Assembly (NCBI RefSeq): GCF_021028975.2
Contig: NC_059425.1
Location: forward strand, 117,242,001-117,306,000
Length of the DNA: 64,000 nucleotides
Direction of reading: 5' to 3'
From: Sphaerodactylus townsendi
Taxonomy: Eukaryota
Numbering within the stretch: position 1 is the first letter of the stretch; each line of letters begins with the position of its first letter. A program made the position numbers and the translations under genes. The notes beneath the pieces were generated by a model that saw only the letters and a list, made by a program, of their open reading frames with translations, searched no databases and was not told where the DNA came from. This document shows, one piece after another, positions 1 through 12,795 of the stretch.

Positions 1-42
1 ACAACATTTTTGAAGCTGGTGAATTTTTCTCCTAACTACTGA

Positions 43-1236
43 ACATAAGAACATAAGAACAAGCCAGCTGGATCAGACCAAAGTCCATCTAGTCCAGCTC
101 TCTGCTACTCGCAGTTGCCCACCAGGTGCCTTTGGGAGCTCACATGTAGGATGTGAACGCAATGGCCTTCTGCGGCTGTTGCTCCAGATCACCTGGTCTG
201 TTAAGGCATTTGCAATCTGAGATCAAGGAGGATCAAGATTGGTAGCCATAAATCGACTTCTCCTCCATAAATCTGTCCAAGCCCCTTTTAAAGCTATCCA
301 GGTTAGTGGCCATCACCACCTCCTGTGGCAGCATATTCCAAACACCAATCACACGTTGCGTGAAGAAGTGTTTCCTTTTATTAGTCCTAATTCTTCCCCC
401 CAGCATTTTCAATGAATGCCCCCTGGTTCTAGTATTGTGAGAAAGAGAGAAAAAATTCTCTCTGTCAGCATTTTCTACCCCATGCATAATTTTGTAGACT
501 TCAATCCTTATCCCCCCCCCCTCAGCCCGCCTCCTCTCCAAACTAAAGAGTCCCAAACGCTGCAGCCTCTCCTCATAGGGAAGGTGCTCCAGTCCCTCAA
601 TCATCCTTGTTGCCCTTCTCTGCACTTTTTCTATCTCCTCAATATCCTTTTTGAGATGCAGCGACCAGAACTGATTACAATTTCCTCCCAAGTGCAATTA
701 GCACCACTGCTTTATATAGGGGCATGACAATCTTTGCAGTTTTATTATCAATTCCTTTTCTAATGATCCCCAGCATAGAGTTTGCCTTTTTCACAGCTGC
801 CATGCATTGAGTTGACATTCCCATGGAACTATCAACTAAGACGCCTAAATCCCTTTCCTGGTCTGTGACTGATAGCACTGACCCCTGTAGCGTGTATGTG
901 AAGCTTGGATTTTTTGCCCCTATGTGCATCACTTTACATTTTGCTACATTGAACTGCATTTGCCATTTCTGAGCCCACTCACCTAATTTATCAAGGTCCG
1001 CTTGGAGCTCTTCACAATCCTTTGTGGTTCTCACCACCCTACATAATTTGGTATCATCTGAAAACTTGGCCACCACGCTACCCACCCCTACTTCCAGGTC
1101 ATTTATGAATAGGTTAAAGAGCACTGGTCCCAAAACGGATCCTTGGGGGACACCACTCCCGACTTCTCTCCATTGTGAGAACTTCCCATTTACACTCACT
1201 CTTTGTTTCCTGTTTCTCAACCAGTTTTGTATCCAG
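43..1236 (-). mobile_element. CR1 LINE, 5'-truncated young copy (ORF2 reverse transcriptase C-terminus, 3' UTR and (TTCTTATG)n tail)
   Basis: Minus-strand ORFs 675-1562 and 233-697 contain CR1 RT motifs (SGVPQGSVLGPVLFNLFINDL, KFSDDTKL, QFWS.HLKKDI..IEKVQRRATRMI). The octamer tail is at 43-60. Confidence 0.95.
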
Positions 1237-1449
1237 TGATCAATCAGTGGAATGTGTTGATGGTCACAGATTTTTCCTACATTACCTGTTTTCCAGAAGT
1301 CCTTTCTGATCCCAGAAAAGTTTATTCCTGGGGTAATTGATTCCCCATAGTTCAAAGGGGGAGAGGATGAAAGTTTGCCTTCTTCATCTTCCATCAGCAC
1401 AGCAGTACATAGTACATAGATGATGGGTCCCACAATCCAGCAATAACAG

Positions 1450-1625
1450 GGATGGGCTTTGCACGCTGAAGGTCCCAGGTCCAATTCTGGTATGTGCAGT
1501 AGAAAGGAACTGGCAGTAGGTGCAATAAAAGGTCTCAGTCTAAGACCCTGGAGAGCCGCCACTCGTCTGAGTAGACAGTACTGACTTTGATGGGCTCATT
1601 TAGCATAAGGCACTTCATGTGTGTG
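1450..1625 (+). mobile_element. tRNA-derived SINE with CR1-like tail (Squam2-like), degenerate
   Basis: B-box-like GGTCCCAGGTCCAATTCTGG, body 'gaccctggagagccgcc...gtagacagtactgactttgatgg'. A related copy lies at 56110-56275. Confidence 0.55.
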
Positions 1626-1871
1626 TTTCTTCCATCTGTGGGTTGCTGGATCTAAAGCAAAGGCTAGACTGTTTTACACCAAGCTATGACCACTGTGTAT
1701 AGCATTGTGAAAAATAAAACACAAAGCTGAGGATAAGCAAACATAAAAAAAACCACAAACTCACTCAGCTGAAACTTGTAAACACTGAAATGTGTACATT
1801 CAGAGTGCAATATCAGGTTCTTGAATAGTGGGAAGCCATTTAGGTTCGTTCCTAATGGGTTTAGGCTACGG

Positions 1872-2016
1872 CCATGGTGGCGAACCTTTGGCACTCCAGA
1901 TGTATGTACTACAATTCCCATCAGCCCCTGCCAGCATTGCCAATTGGCCATGCTGGCAGAGTCTGATGGGAATTATAGTCCATAACAACTGGAGTGCCAA
2001 AGGTTCGCCACCTCTG
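1872..2016. mobile_element. Palindromic hAT-type MITE (~145 bp)
   Basis: Near-perfect foldback TGGTGGCGAACCTTTGGCACTCCAG...CTGGAGTGCCAAAGGTTCGCCA. Imperfect 8-bp TSD ggctacgg/gactgcgg. Confidence 0.85.
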
Positions 2017-2211
2017 GACTGCGGTATGCTTGCTGTGGAAGCAGTAACACATGACATGGAAGTAGACAGGGGAAACCGGCTATAAAGGCTCTTGCTCCCC
2101 TAGCTTTCCACAAACATCAGAATGGAATTATTCAAGAGGGCTTTTTGCATAGATAAATAAGACCCTGTTATAATGAAATGGTCAGAAAGTTTCATTGACA
2201 AAGAGATAGGG

Positions 2212-2304
2212 CAGTGGTGGCGAACCTGTTGTTGGCCATGCTGGCAGGGGCTGATGGGAATTGTAGTCCATGAACATCTGGAGTGCCATAGGTTTGCCAC
2301 CACG
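2212..2304. mobile_element. Internally deleted copy of the same hAT MITE
   Basis: Same termini as 1872-2016. Perfect 8-bp TSD agataggg at 2204-2211 and 2305-2312. Confidence 0.85.
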
Positions 2305-3691
2305 AGATAGGGATTGTGGCCAACAATTACTGTATTGCTACCTGTCATTGTAAATATGCTTCAGAATGTCCCACTAAATGTGTCATGTTTAAAGCTTGTG
2401 CTTTGTTTCAATTCTGTTTGAGATTTCTGTTCTATATTGTATTGTTTATTGGATGCCCCATCATATTGATTACACTTGATCTACATTATGAAATCTTTCT
2501 TGTATCTCAGCAAGAAAGCCAGACTATAAACAGCAACAACAGCAACCAATAACAGCAGCAGTAGCCAACACTATAATTATTCTTTGCATGTCAAGCATGG
2601 AATCTTTGGAAGGGTGGTGGTTGTGCATATAATTGGTACACTAAGCTTGAATATAAAACCACTCACAATCTACACTTTTTTTGTGCTCTTAATACCGTAA
2701 TTCCAACAGCGCTGAAATTTGGCTTGAAAACTGGAAGACTTGTTGCTTTCTCTCCAGGCCAGGTTTCTTTGTACCCCCTTCCACTTGGGGAAATAGTCTC
2801 TTATCTTTTCCAAGTACAGCCACTGCTTATCTTTTGCTTTAAGAAGAGCCCTGCTGAATAGGTCCAGTGGTCCATCTAGTCCAGCATCTTGTCTCACACA
2901 GTGGCCAACCAGTTACTACTGGTTTTGCCAGGTGGCTTGTGGGGACACTATCCTTGCAGAAAGGCAATAGGAAGCTCTGGCCATAGAGTTCCTGGTGATT
3001 CTTAAAGTTACCAAGAAGTGAGAAAGGGTAGTTCTAGGAACTGTCAGAAACTCTGTGGTAATGTTAGAGCTATAGAAGTTCTGTTGGTTCCTAGAGCTTC
3101 CTTTGTCATTTCTGGCTGGCTCAAAAAGTTGCCAGAAATTCTTTAGCCAGAACATCTTGTAAGTAGATGAGGCTTAATTTTTCTTCATGATTTTTCTCCC
3201 CAGAATGATTGTTTCCCCCCTCCATTTGACCCCAATTTCTGTCTACCAACCAGACAAGCAGGGACAGGCAAAGGGCTGCCGTTACTGGAGGTCTTCTGCC
3301 ATAAGCAATGATAATCTGGTACCCAGAATTGTCAGGGCCTGAGAATATATAGTCTTGGTTTCCCAGGTTGCTCTGTGAAGTGCACAGAACTTTGTTTTGC
3401 AAGAGTTCTTCCCTATTAATCTCAGTGGAAAATGAAGATGCACAAAGTGCATCTCTCAGTGCATGCAGAGCTGTCAAACCCACTGGCCTAAAATGTATAT
3501 GTGTTTCATATGCACACCAGAGCTTCTACAAATATCATAACATACTAGTGAACATACCATGGGAATGTACTGTCCATAGTTAATATGCATCCCACCATTA
3601 TAAGCATTCACACTTGAATGAATGAAAGTGGAATCATTAGTAGTGTGTCATAGGTTTCAGATGTTTTTCCTCTCTGTTCCAATTCTAACAG

Positions 3692-3812
3692 GCAGAACCA
3701 GCAAATTAACCTTTTGCACCAGAAGATTAGGGACAATGAATTGCGAGCTCAGCAAGCAAGACTGGGGCACATTGTGAATTGTGAAGACTTTACTTTCATG
3801 AGTAGTTTCCAG
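3692..3812 (+). CDS. CEP85L: CEP85L internal coding exon (first in window): [40 protein letters not shown]
   Basis: Acceptor ttctaacag|G, donor CAG|gtaag, 121 nt. Resembles recalled CEP85L ...[21 protein letters not shown]... Confidence 0.92.
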
Positions 3813-5448
3813 GTAAGATGGAGGCTTGTATTTATGTTTGGCCTGATAAAATCTCGAAAGTGCATGATATCCTGGAAGACAACTTTCGTGCTACTACAGA
3901 CTAGAAGTCATTTCCTGGAAATGTACATTGTGTTTCAATAAATGCAGTAGAATCTTTTGTCTTCTACATTGTTTTAGACTGTTGTTAAATCAAATAATAT
4001 TGACACATTCTCATTTCCACATAGTCTCTTTCGTCAGTTCTGGCCCCCAATTGCTTTTTGGTTTATCCCCTGATTTTTTTTCTTTTTTTCTTGTTTTTCT
4101 CCTAGGGTTTTTCCAGCTCTTCTGAAACCACTTTTACCTCAGTCTTTTTCTGGAAGCTAATTTTGACTCAGCTTTTTCCTAGCCTGTGTGTTTTTATTAG
4201 GTTTTTTGTCTCACCAATCTGGAGATTTGAATGTTGTTGTCATTAAACTACTTTTCCACCAAGACCACCTGTCTTTCATTTTTTTAAAGACCCTAAAATA
4301 TCAATATATCACTGTAGTGTTGTAATGATAGTTTAAGCAGGGTCTCAGAAATCCCATTTCATTTTTTAAAAAAGACTCTAGCCTGCTTCCCTCAGTGAGG
4401 TATACCCATCTCCTTTTATCTCCACAAGGTGAAGGGCTGGGGACTTATTTTTTTTACATAAAAGCTGGGAATTCAGAGAATCTGCTTAAGCTTTCTTGAC
4501 AACAACAAAGTGATGTATCAATAGTTTAGGTCTTTTATTTAACAAATAAAGGCCTGCTTTGATAACACTAATAACACCAATGATGACAGCATCATCCCTT
4601 GAAAATCCTAATCTTACTAATCTAACAAAAAAAGTTACCTGAGAATAAGTATCAAGCAACAAAACATGTGTTAAAAATGTCAGGACTTGGAGTCTGTTGC
4701 TTCATAGCAATCATTCTGCTGAAACTTCAAGTTAATATTTTTGTTAGGTTTTGTCTGACTGGGACATGCATTCTGGCTGGATATGTAAAAATACCTTTGT
4801 GGGAAAACTAGGGTGAATCGTTCAAGCATAGCTTAATCCTAAATGGGGTACTTTTCTAAGAATATTGAAGGCATTCAGATAGACAGTGCCCAGTTTTCTG
4901 TCTGATGCAATACAAGCTCAGTTTACCATGACACCTTAATCACTGTCAAGACTAATAATCTCAGTCCCTCAGATGCCATGAAGTGGGTTCTCTCCAGGCA
5001 GACATTTATATTTGAGTTACAAAAAAATAATCCAACAGCAGAGTTAAGTCTTTGAAATACAGGAAAGCAGACTGAGCTGTCATTTGGCTCTCCTGGAGCT
5101 CATGTGCCTCCAAATAAAGTGAAGTATATGAATTCAACATTCTGCCTCATTGCAGAAGACCATTTTAACTACATTTTGTCAACCTCAACTGTTTTCTGCC
5201 TGAATAGATTGTAAAATTGTATAGAATCTGTTCTTCTATAATCTGGAATATAAAGTTGTTTGTGTGTATGTTAATCTGATTCTGTGCCTTAATTGTTGTA
5301 AGGTCATATGTCAGCAAAAATGTAATCCATTTATCACCTATATCTGCCCCGGTTACTATGTCTAAGAATGCATGTTGCATTATTTGCTGCTAAAGTGTTT
5401 GCTAGGCTTGGATACTAGTTAAAAACCAGATACCACTCTTTGTGTATG

Positions 5449-5810
5449 CCACAGGTTCCCAATATAGTGCCTACAGGTGCCATAGTACCAAAGGACACCT
5501 TTTCTGCCCCCCCCCCACCCATTTTGGGAAATGGTTTGGGCCAGGTATGTTTTAGTTCTATAAGGCTTCTGACTGATTACTGGAGATTTCATTGGGTGTG
5601 CAGATTAGTTAAAATAATTGCTTTGACAGCAGCTGCCACCACAGCACAAGGATCTATACTGTATTGCTGAACTTAAGCTGTGACAATCATTTGTGGCTGG
5701 CTCTGTCTTCTGTGGAAGCCATTTTGTGGCAGCTAGTTTGTTGTTGTGCCCACCATGTGACATCAGAATTCCAAATGTGCCTGCAGACTCAAAAAGGCTG
5801 AGGACACCTG
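5449..5810. mobile_element. Old hAT-like non-autonomous element
   Basis: Degenerate TIR-like ends (caggttcccaa ... aaggctgaggacacctg). Confidence 0.4.
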
Positions 5811-5993
5811 GAGAATGCTATAACCAGTGACAGTATGTTTCTTACTATTTGTTTCTGCTTTTTCATGTCTATATACAACATAGACTACCTTATTCCAAAC
5901 GTTACAAGAGAGAAAGTCTACCTTAGGAAACCCATTCTGGATGTGTGAGTATAATACTAGTAGCCTATTTATTGCCTCCATTTTCTTTCAAAG

Positions 5994-6176
5994 CATCCTC
6001 AGTATGAGAAGACACCAGTGCAGCCTCAGTTTGCCGAAAGATCTGTGCCTCATTGTGAAAGGGAAGAGCTGGAACGAAAGCTTGCATCAGTACAGAGTAA
6101 GGAACTGCAGCTCAGCGAGTTCCTCAAACAAATAGCAAACAAATCCAATGAAGACAAGAAGAAGATGGAAGAGAAG
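5994..6176 (+). CDS. CEP85L: CEP85L coding exon: HPQYEKTPVQPQFAERSVPHCEREELERKLASVQSKELQLSEFLKQIANKSNEDKKKMEEK
   Basis: Polypyrimidine tract with aag| acceptor, donor AAG|gtggg, 183 nt, phase 0-0, coiled-coil composition. Confidence 0.88.
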
Positions 6177-7044
6177 GTGGGTTTCTCATTGAGCTTTCTA
6201 AGAGAACTTTATTGATGTGATGGAAGATGTTATGGATCAAATAGCATCATGGTTCAAATATCATGTAAAACCATTAATTAAACTAGTTGTTGTTAATGTA
6301 ATTGTTCCAATGTGAGCCAGTCCACTAGCTGTGGTTGCTTGATTAGGATACATAATACCTTGGTTTTGCATTACATCGCAACTGTTCTGAGTTCAGGCAT
6401 AACATAGTATCCCAGCTGGTATCCTGGGCTGCACTGTTCTGAGGACAGCACTGGGGAACAAACCAGAATGAACCAAGGTGTCTGTATTCATATATCACAT
6501 GAAATTATGGTACAATTAACTGATGGTGCTTCTTCAAATGATTTTTGAGCCCAGTCATCAAGAGATGATGGGTCATTCACTCAACTGATCCTATCCTATT
6601 CAGCTGGCACTGTGCAAAATCTTCCATTCTCTGGAGAAGTTTAAATTACCGCCTCTCATCCAGGGCTTTTAACCAGTCCTTGGGATTTTGGTCTCTTGTA
6701 AATTGTCAGTCAATCAGAGCCCATGAAACTTCACTGGATGGGAAGGAGTGAGCCAGCTTCAGCTTAGATGGGGGACATTTTTCTTGTGGAGGGGATTTTG
6801 TGGCACTGAAACGGAGTGTCAGTTTAGCAAGGCTTTTATTTGGCTTTCAGAGTTTGGGGGTTGGCTTAGGGAAGAAGGCTTATTATAGTGTTACAAATAA
6901 GCATCCTGTTAAGGGCCCAGCATTCCAACTGGTATATGTAGGTTCTGTAGAAAGATATTCTGTGTGGGAAAAGAGCAGCTTTGGACCTGCTGAGGTAACT
7001 TGACAAGGGGTGGTGGTGGATCACAAGTCCCTTCAGGGTTTATT

Positions 7045-7176
7045 NNNNNNNNNNNNNNNNNNNNNNNNNNNNNNNNNNNNNNNNNNNNNNNNNNNNNNNN
7101 NNNNNNNNNNNNNNNNNNNNNNNNNNNNNNNNNNNNNNNNNNNNNNNNNNNNNNNNNNNNNNNNNNNNNNNNNNNN
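7045..7176. other. Assembly gap (132 N)
   Basis: Run of N. Confidence 1.
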
Positions 7177-7646
7177 TTATTAGATACTTTATTTTCTGTT
7201 AAATAAATTTTGTTATTCATCTCCAACTGTGACTTGACTGTTGGCTTCAATTTTTTGCAAAGCTGAAAGGACAGCTAAATTTTTTTAAAAAATCACTTGG
7301 ATTCAATTGTTTTCAATCCTACACCAGTAGAAAGCTAATAATCATAACTATTAGTGTGCTTTAAATAATAATTCCGTGATCTCTAAACTGCTGGTTTAAA
7401 CAAAGTGAAAGCATCCATGTGTTCAACTACACTAGAAGTGTCTTTCCATAGAAATGGTAAGCAAGAAATCTTAGTATCAAGAAAAATAAATACAATATCT
7501 CCATGTTTATTTTTTAATAACAATGAAATAATACTTGTATGGTATTGTGGAACTGGTATTGTGAAAATGAAATATCTTTGTTCAAATTACCTTGTGCATA
7601 TATGTTTCTTGTCTCACGTAATAAAACATTTTTATTCTTTTTCTAG

Positions 7647-7811
<165 letters not shown>

Positions 7812-8217
7812 TGAGGTATACATAAGTCAGAAGAAAGAGTTTTTGCTGGGTACTTATTATAAACCACCATATGTAATGTTTGCACATGCTGTACTCTGGT
7901 AAAATTTTAATAAGGGCATAATCCCCTGAAAATGCCACTGCATAAGCCCCTAGAAATGAAACAGAAATGAAACAATGGCGCTCACACAGTGGAGGATTTC
8001 CAGTGGATTGTGCTCAAAGTTATTTATTTTTAAAAGCTTTAAATATGGTACACTGCCTATTCCGTGGGTCGAAAGCTCCTTCTGCTGGAGGAAAGCTTTT
8101 CTGCCAGCAGAACAGAACCATTGGTGCAACCCAGAGGGTTTAACTATTGCTGTTTCTCAAACTTAAAATACGCCATTTTTGAGATGGGCTATTTAAAAGG
8201 CTACAATTATTTGATTA

Positions 8218-9083
8218 CCATATATACTCATGTATAAGTCGAATTTTTCAGCACATTTTTAATGCTGAAAAAGCTCCCCTCGACTTATATGCGGGTCATT
8301 AAAATTTTGTGTGTGTTTTTACTTTGCTGGCCAGAAGTTTTTATGCTAGAGGCACCAAAATTTCAGGGTACCCTCAGAAGACTCTCCTGATGAGACCAGC
8401 CAAGTTTGGTAAAGTTTGGTTTAGGGGGTCCAAAGTTATGGACCCCCAAAGGAGGTGCCTCCATTCCCCATTGTTTTCAATGGAAGCTATTAGTAGATGG
8501 GGCTACCCTTTTGAGGGTCCATAACTTTGGACCCTCTGAACCAAACTTCACCAAACCTGGCTGGTCTCATCAGGAGAGTCTCTTTATGATACCAGCCAGG
8601 TTTGGTGAAGTTTGGGTCAGGGGATCCAAAGTTATTGACCCCCAAAGGGGATGCCCCATCCCCCATTGTTTACAATGGAAGCTAACAGTAGATTTTTCAT
8701 TTCTGATAACATCCCTCTTAAAATCTAAGTTGGGTTACATTTGGACATACAGATGATGATGAGGAATCCAGTTTTGGAAGATTTTAACTCTTGTGTTTTA
8801 GCTTGGTTGCTTGTTGAGCTAAGTTTTTTGTACTTTTAAAGTTATTGTTGATACCATATTGTTCTTGTTGACCCCCTCTTTTCCACTTACAGAGCCAGTT
8901 TACTGTTTTTCTTTGAAATAAATATTCAAAAACATTTAACCTAGTGATGCCTCAATTGATGCTGCATTTCCCACCCTTGACTTATACGCGAGTCAATAAG
9001 TTTTCCCAGTTTTTTGTGGTAAAATTAGGTTACCTCTCGACTTATATGTAGGAATTAGAGCTTATACTGCCGAGTATATACGG
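8218..9083. mobile_element. Tc1/mariner-superfamily (Tc2/pogo-like) non-autonomous element with internal repeat module
   Basis: TIRs CC(A/G)TATATACTC...GAGTATATACGG flanked by TA on both sides. Subterminal CGACTTATA repeats. Confidence 0.8.
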
Positions 9084-9284
9084 TAATTGACCTGACAAAT
9101 ATTAGTTATTTTTAAAACATTTATTAGAAAAAACAAAATGTGCTTTAATTACCAAAAGGTTTCTTATTTATGCTCTTTACAAAAGCAAATTAGTTAACTG
9201 TTATTGTGAAAAACATGAAATGAATTTTTTTAATTCTTCAGCGAATTATTACATCCTTTAGCAAGGCTAGGGAAGGTTACATTA

Positions 9285-9520
9285 TGTTCTTATGTAGTTT
9301 TGAAATACTTCTCAAGGGAAGCCCCATGTAGAGCACATTGCAATAATCTAATCTAGATTTAACTATGGCATGCACCACAATGGCCAGATCTTTTCTGCCA
9401 AGGAAAGGCCGCAGCTGACTAACCAACTGAAGCTGGTAAAAGGCACTCCTGTCCACAGCTGCTACCTGCTTAAACAGCAGTAGGCCTTACCCAAGAGCAC
9501 TCTCAGATTACCCATTGTGA
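9285..9520 (-). mobile_element. L2 LINE RT fragment
   Basis: The minus strand reads SAFYQLQLVSQLRPFL...VVHAIVKSRLDYCNVLYMGLPL. Confidence 0.75.
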
Positions 9521-9783
9521 ACGCTTCTCTTTTACCAATGGTAAGATTTCCTAGGCATGTTACTTTAGATTATTATATAACGATTACTTTATGGCTATAT
9601 GGTCCCACTCCCACCATTCTGCTGGGAACCGTTTCCAAGCCCAGTGGAACAGTGGGCATCCCAGCACAAATCATAATCTGCCTTGGTTACTCTCAAGGGA
9701 CCTTTTAAGTACACTGTCTTCTTCACTGCCTCATTCCCTATGCTTAGCTTGCCTCAGTAGATATGTATTTTGCTGTTGTATAG

Positions 9784-9938
9784 TTGCAGGTTCTAGAAGA
9801 AAAGAACAAGCAACTGCAAGCTACCGTGGCTGAGCTAGAGAAGGCCCTTGAAGAATCCAGAACACAATGTACAGAGAAAGAATTGCAGCTTGTGAGTCAG
9901 AAAAAGAAAGAAAAAGAATTGGTAACTTCAGTACAGAG
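9784..9938 (+). CDS. CEP85L: CEP85L coding exon: [51 protein letters not shown](S)
   Basis: Acceptor gtatag|, donor AG|gtatga, 155 nt, phase 0-2. Confidence 0.93.
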
Positions 9939-10044
9939 GTATGAATATCTTAATTGATCACCAATTCAAGACCATTATTCTGAACAGGATATTTGAAACA
10001 ATGCAGTTCTGTGTCTCTCTAGTGACAATGCGGTTCAAGTGGTT

Positions 10045-10848
10045 CAGTCACAGACCAGGAAAGGGATTTGGGTATCTTAGTTGATAGTTCCATGGGAATG
10101 TGAACTCAATGCATGGCAGCTGTGAAAAAGGCAAACTCCATGCTGGGGATAATTAGGAAAGGAATGGATAATAAAACTGCAAAGATTTTTGTGCCCTTAT
10201 ATAAAGCAGTGGTGCGACCGTGCTTGGAGTACTGTGTTCAGTTCTGGTCGCCACATCTCAAAAAGGATATCGAAGAGATAGAAAAAGTGCAGAGAAGGGC
10301 AACGAGGATGATTGAGGGATTGGAGCACCTTCCTGGAGTGGCTGGAGCATTTGGGACTCTTTAGTTTGGAGAGGAGATGTCTGAGGGGAATATGATTGAA
10401 GTCTATAAAATTATGCATGGGGTAGAAAATGTTGACAGAGGAAAAAAAATTCTCTCTCACAATACTAGAACCAGGGGGCATTCATTGAAAATGCTGGGGG
10501 AAAGAATTAGGACTAATAAAAGGAAACATTTCTTCATGCAATGTGTGATTGGTGTTAGGAATATGCTGCCACAGGAGGTGGTGATGGCCACTAACCTGGA
10601 TAGCTTTAAAAGGGGCTTGGACAGATTTATGGAGAAGTCGATTTATGGCTACCAATCTTGATCCTCCTTGATCTGAGATTGCAAATGCCTTAACAGTCCA
10701 GGTGCTCGGGAGCAGCAGCAGCAGAAGGCATTGCTTTCACATCCTGCATGTGAGCTCCCAGAGGCACCTGGTGGGCCACTGCGAGTAGCAGAGAGCTGGA
10801 CTAGATGGACTCTGGTCTGATCCAGCTGGCTCTTTCTTAGTTCTTATG
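10045..10848 (+). mobile_element. CR1 LINE, 5'-truncated young copy; same subfamily as 43-1236, opposite orientation
   Basis: ORFs 10113-10364 and 10377-10661 encode the CR1 RT C-terminus. The tail is ttcttagttcttatg. Confidence 0.95.
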
Positions 10849-12367
10849 AAATATGGTGGAGTTCTTCAGACACCTGAAGGGCTGTCACTTGGAAGAGGGC
10901 AAAGACTTCTTTGATGCTACAGAGATGCTACCACCAAGTTTTATACACAGTGGCAACTGCTGTATTCTTTTTCAGATTTGCTAGTGGAATTGCACTCAGC
11001 AACCATACAAGCATCTGCTATTACTTCCATGGTAATGAGAGCAATTAGAAGGCATTTGCAGTGAAACCTTTTATCTCCTCTTTCCTCCTCTTCTGTTTTC
11101 TTTGGCTTATCAATGCATACCAGCTGACACATCCTGAATAGGAAGTTTTGCAGTAGCTGCCATGCCACCTATGTTTAAAATAACATTCGGAACAGTCCTC
11201 TTACTGGTGCTCACCTTAATGATGCAGGCTAGCAGGTGAGAGGAGGGAATGATACAGACTGGCATAGGGAAGGAGGGCAGATGATATATGAGTAGTCAAC
11301 CAGCTTTGGGTGTAGCACTAGGATAGCCCATTGGCAAATTTAGTTGGTGATCACTGTGCTGAAGAATTCATTTCTGGTTACTGGTAGAAGTTGTGTTCTA
11401 GTAGCTGGATGTTACAAATGGTTCTCTGGGATCTGAATTCAAGATCTTATTTAGCAGTTAAGCTGTTAAATGAATCCAATCACAGCAACCTAGCTCTCTA
11501 ACAGTAAAATAGAATAGTCGTAAGCTTTTGTCACAGTGGGAGCGGAAGGAAATACATAAGAAGGACTGCAGTTTGCAAAATAGAAATGATATGGCAGTTA
11601 TTAAAATACATGCAGGATTATTCCTTTGTATGTTTGTAATGAAGCAGGTGAACATGATAGAGAGGCTTTAGCTATGTACGGTGTGTGCTTTCTGTGTACA
11701 TACATAATTACAAGGGAATAAAAAGTTGGAAGATTGAAGTTGAACACTAGATGTTAGAATCAGAATGTCGTTAAAGAATAACTTCTTTTGGATTATGCTT
11801 TTAGTAGTTTTAGGGTAAAGTTCTAAAGAAACACAAAATTATTCAAAATTATGCAATAAAACAAAAGTGGGGGCAGAGTTTTATTTCCAGTGGTATAAAA
11901 AGGGTGGCTTATCACTTTGTGACCCTCTGTTATTGAAAAGTACATACCACAAACACTTTGCCCAGACGATGAAAGGTTAGGTATTTGGGACAGTTGGCCA
12001 AATCACTGAGTGCATTGTTTCCATCTTACTTCTGGTGGCTGTTGTATGTATGAGTGTATAATGTACCCAGCTGGCATTGTGCTGTTCTAAAAGTCTATAG
12101 ATACTTGAAGCAAAGTCTTGTTTCTAAATTTAAATGACAATTGTCATTGTCATAATTTGGTTTTATATTTGATGGTTGACGGATGTGAGGGCAAGTAAGT
12201 GCGTGTGTGTGTTTTCTTTTTTGTTTTGGGACTCTTGTATATCATTGATGGTGTAGATTAGAAGTTGAGCTGCAGAGGTTTGTAAGACAAACTAAACCAA
12301 TGAACATTAAAAAGACATGAACGACAGTTTGTGGAGGGGAGGGATAGTGCTTGCTGACTTTCACTAT

Positions 12368-12795
12368 GGCCGTTTCCGCACGGCCCATAAACGACGGCCT
12401 GGGGGCGGTAAAAACGCCGCCCCCAGGCCGCCGTTCGCACAGGCGCCGCTGCTGCAACGCAGCAGCGGCGACCTGAATGCGCTTCCCTCCCCCCAGGGCG
12501 GCGTCAGGCCGCCCTAAACAACAACCCTTTAAAGGGTTGTTGTTGGGGAGGAAGCGTCTTCGGGTGAAGAGCAGGGGTCGGAGGGCAGCGTGGGCGGGGC
12601 TCCGACGGCCAGCAGGCGACGACGAGGACATCGTGAGTAGAATGGAGGAGAACGCGAGTAGAGGCGGCTCAGTGCGTGTAGAACGCCTCTCCTGCGGCGG
12701 CCTCCAGCAGCCTGCTTCTGCACGCTTGACGCCATACCCACGCCGCCAGCACTCTTGGCAGCGTGGGGGCGCAAGGAGGCCGTGCGGAAACGGCC
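12368..12795. mobile_element. GC/CpG-rich PIF/Harbinger-like MITE
   Basis: Perfect 18-bp TIR GGCCGTTTCCGCACGGCC/GGCCGTGCGGAAACGGCC, 3-bp flanks TAT/TAC, internal palindrome AACAACCCTTTAAAGGGTTGTT. Confidence 0.85.

Noticed and set aside
675-1562. 295-aa ORF as an intact or domesticated RT gene
   Set aside because: It is a 5'-truncated CR1 fused by chance to flanking sequence, with a frameshift near 690.
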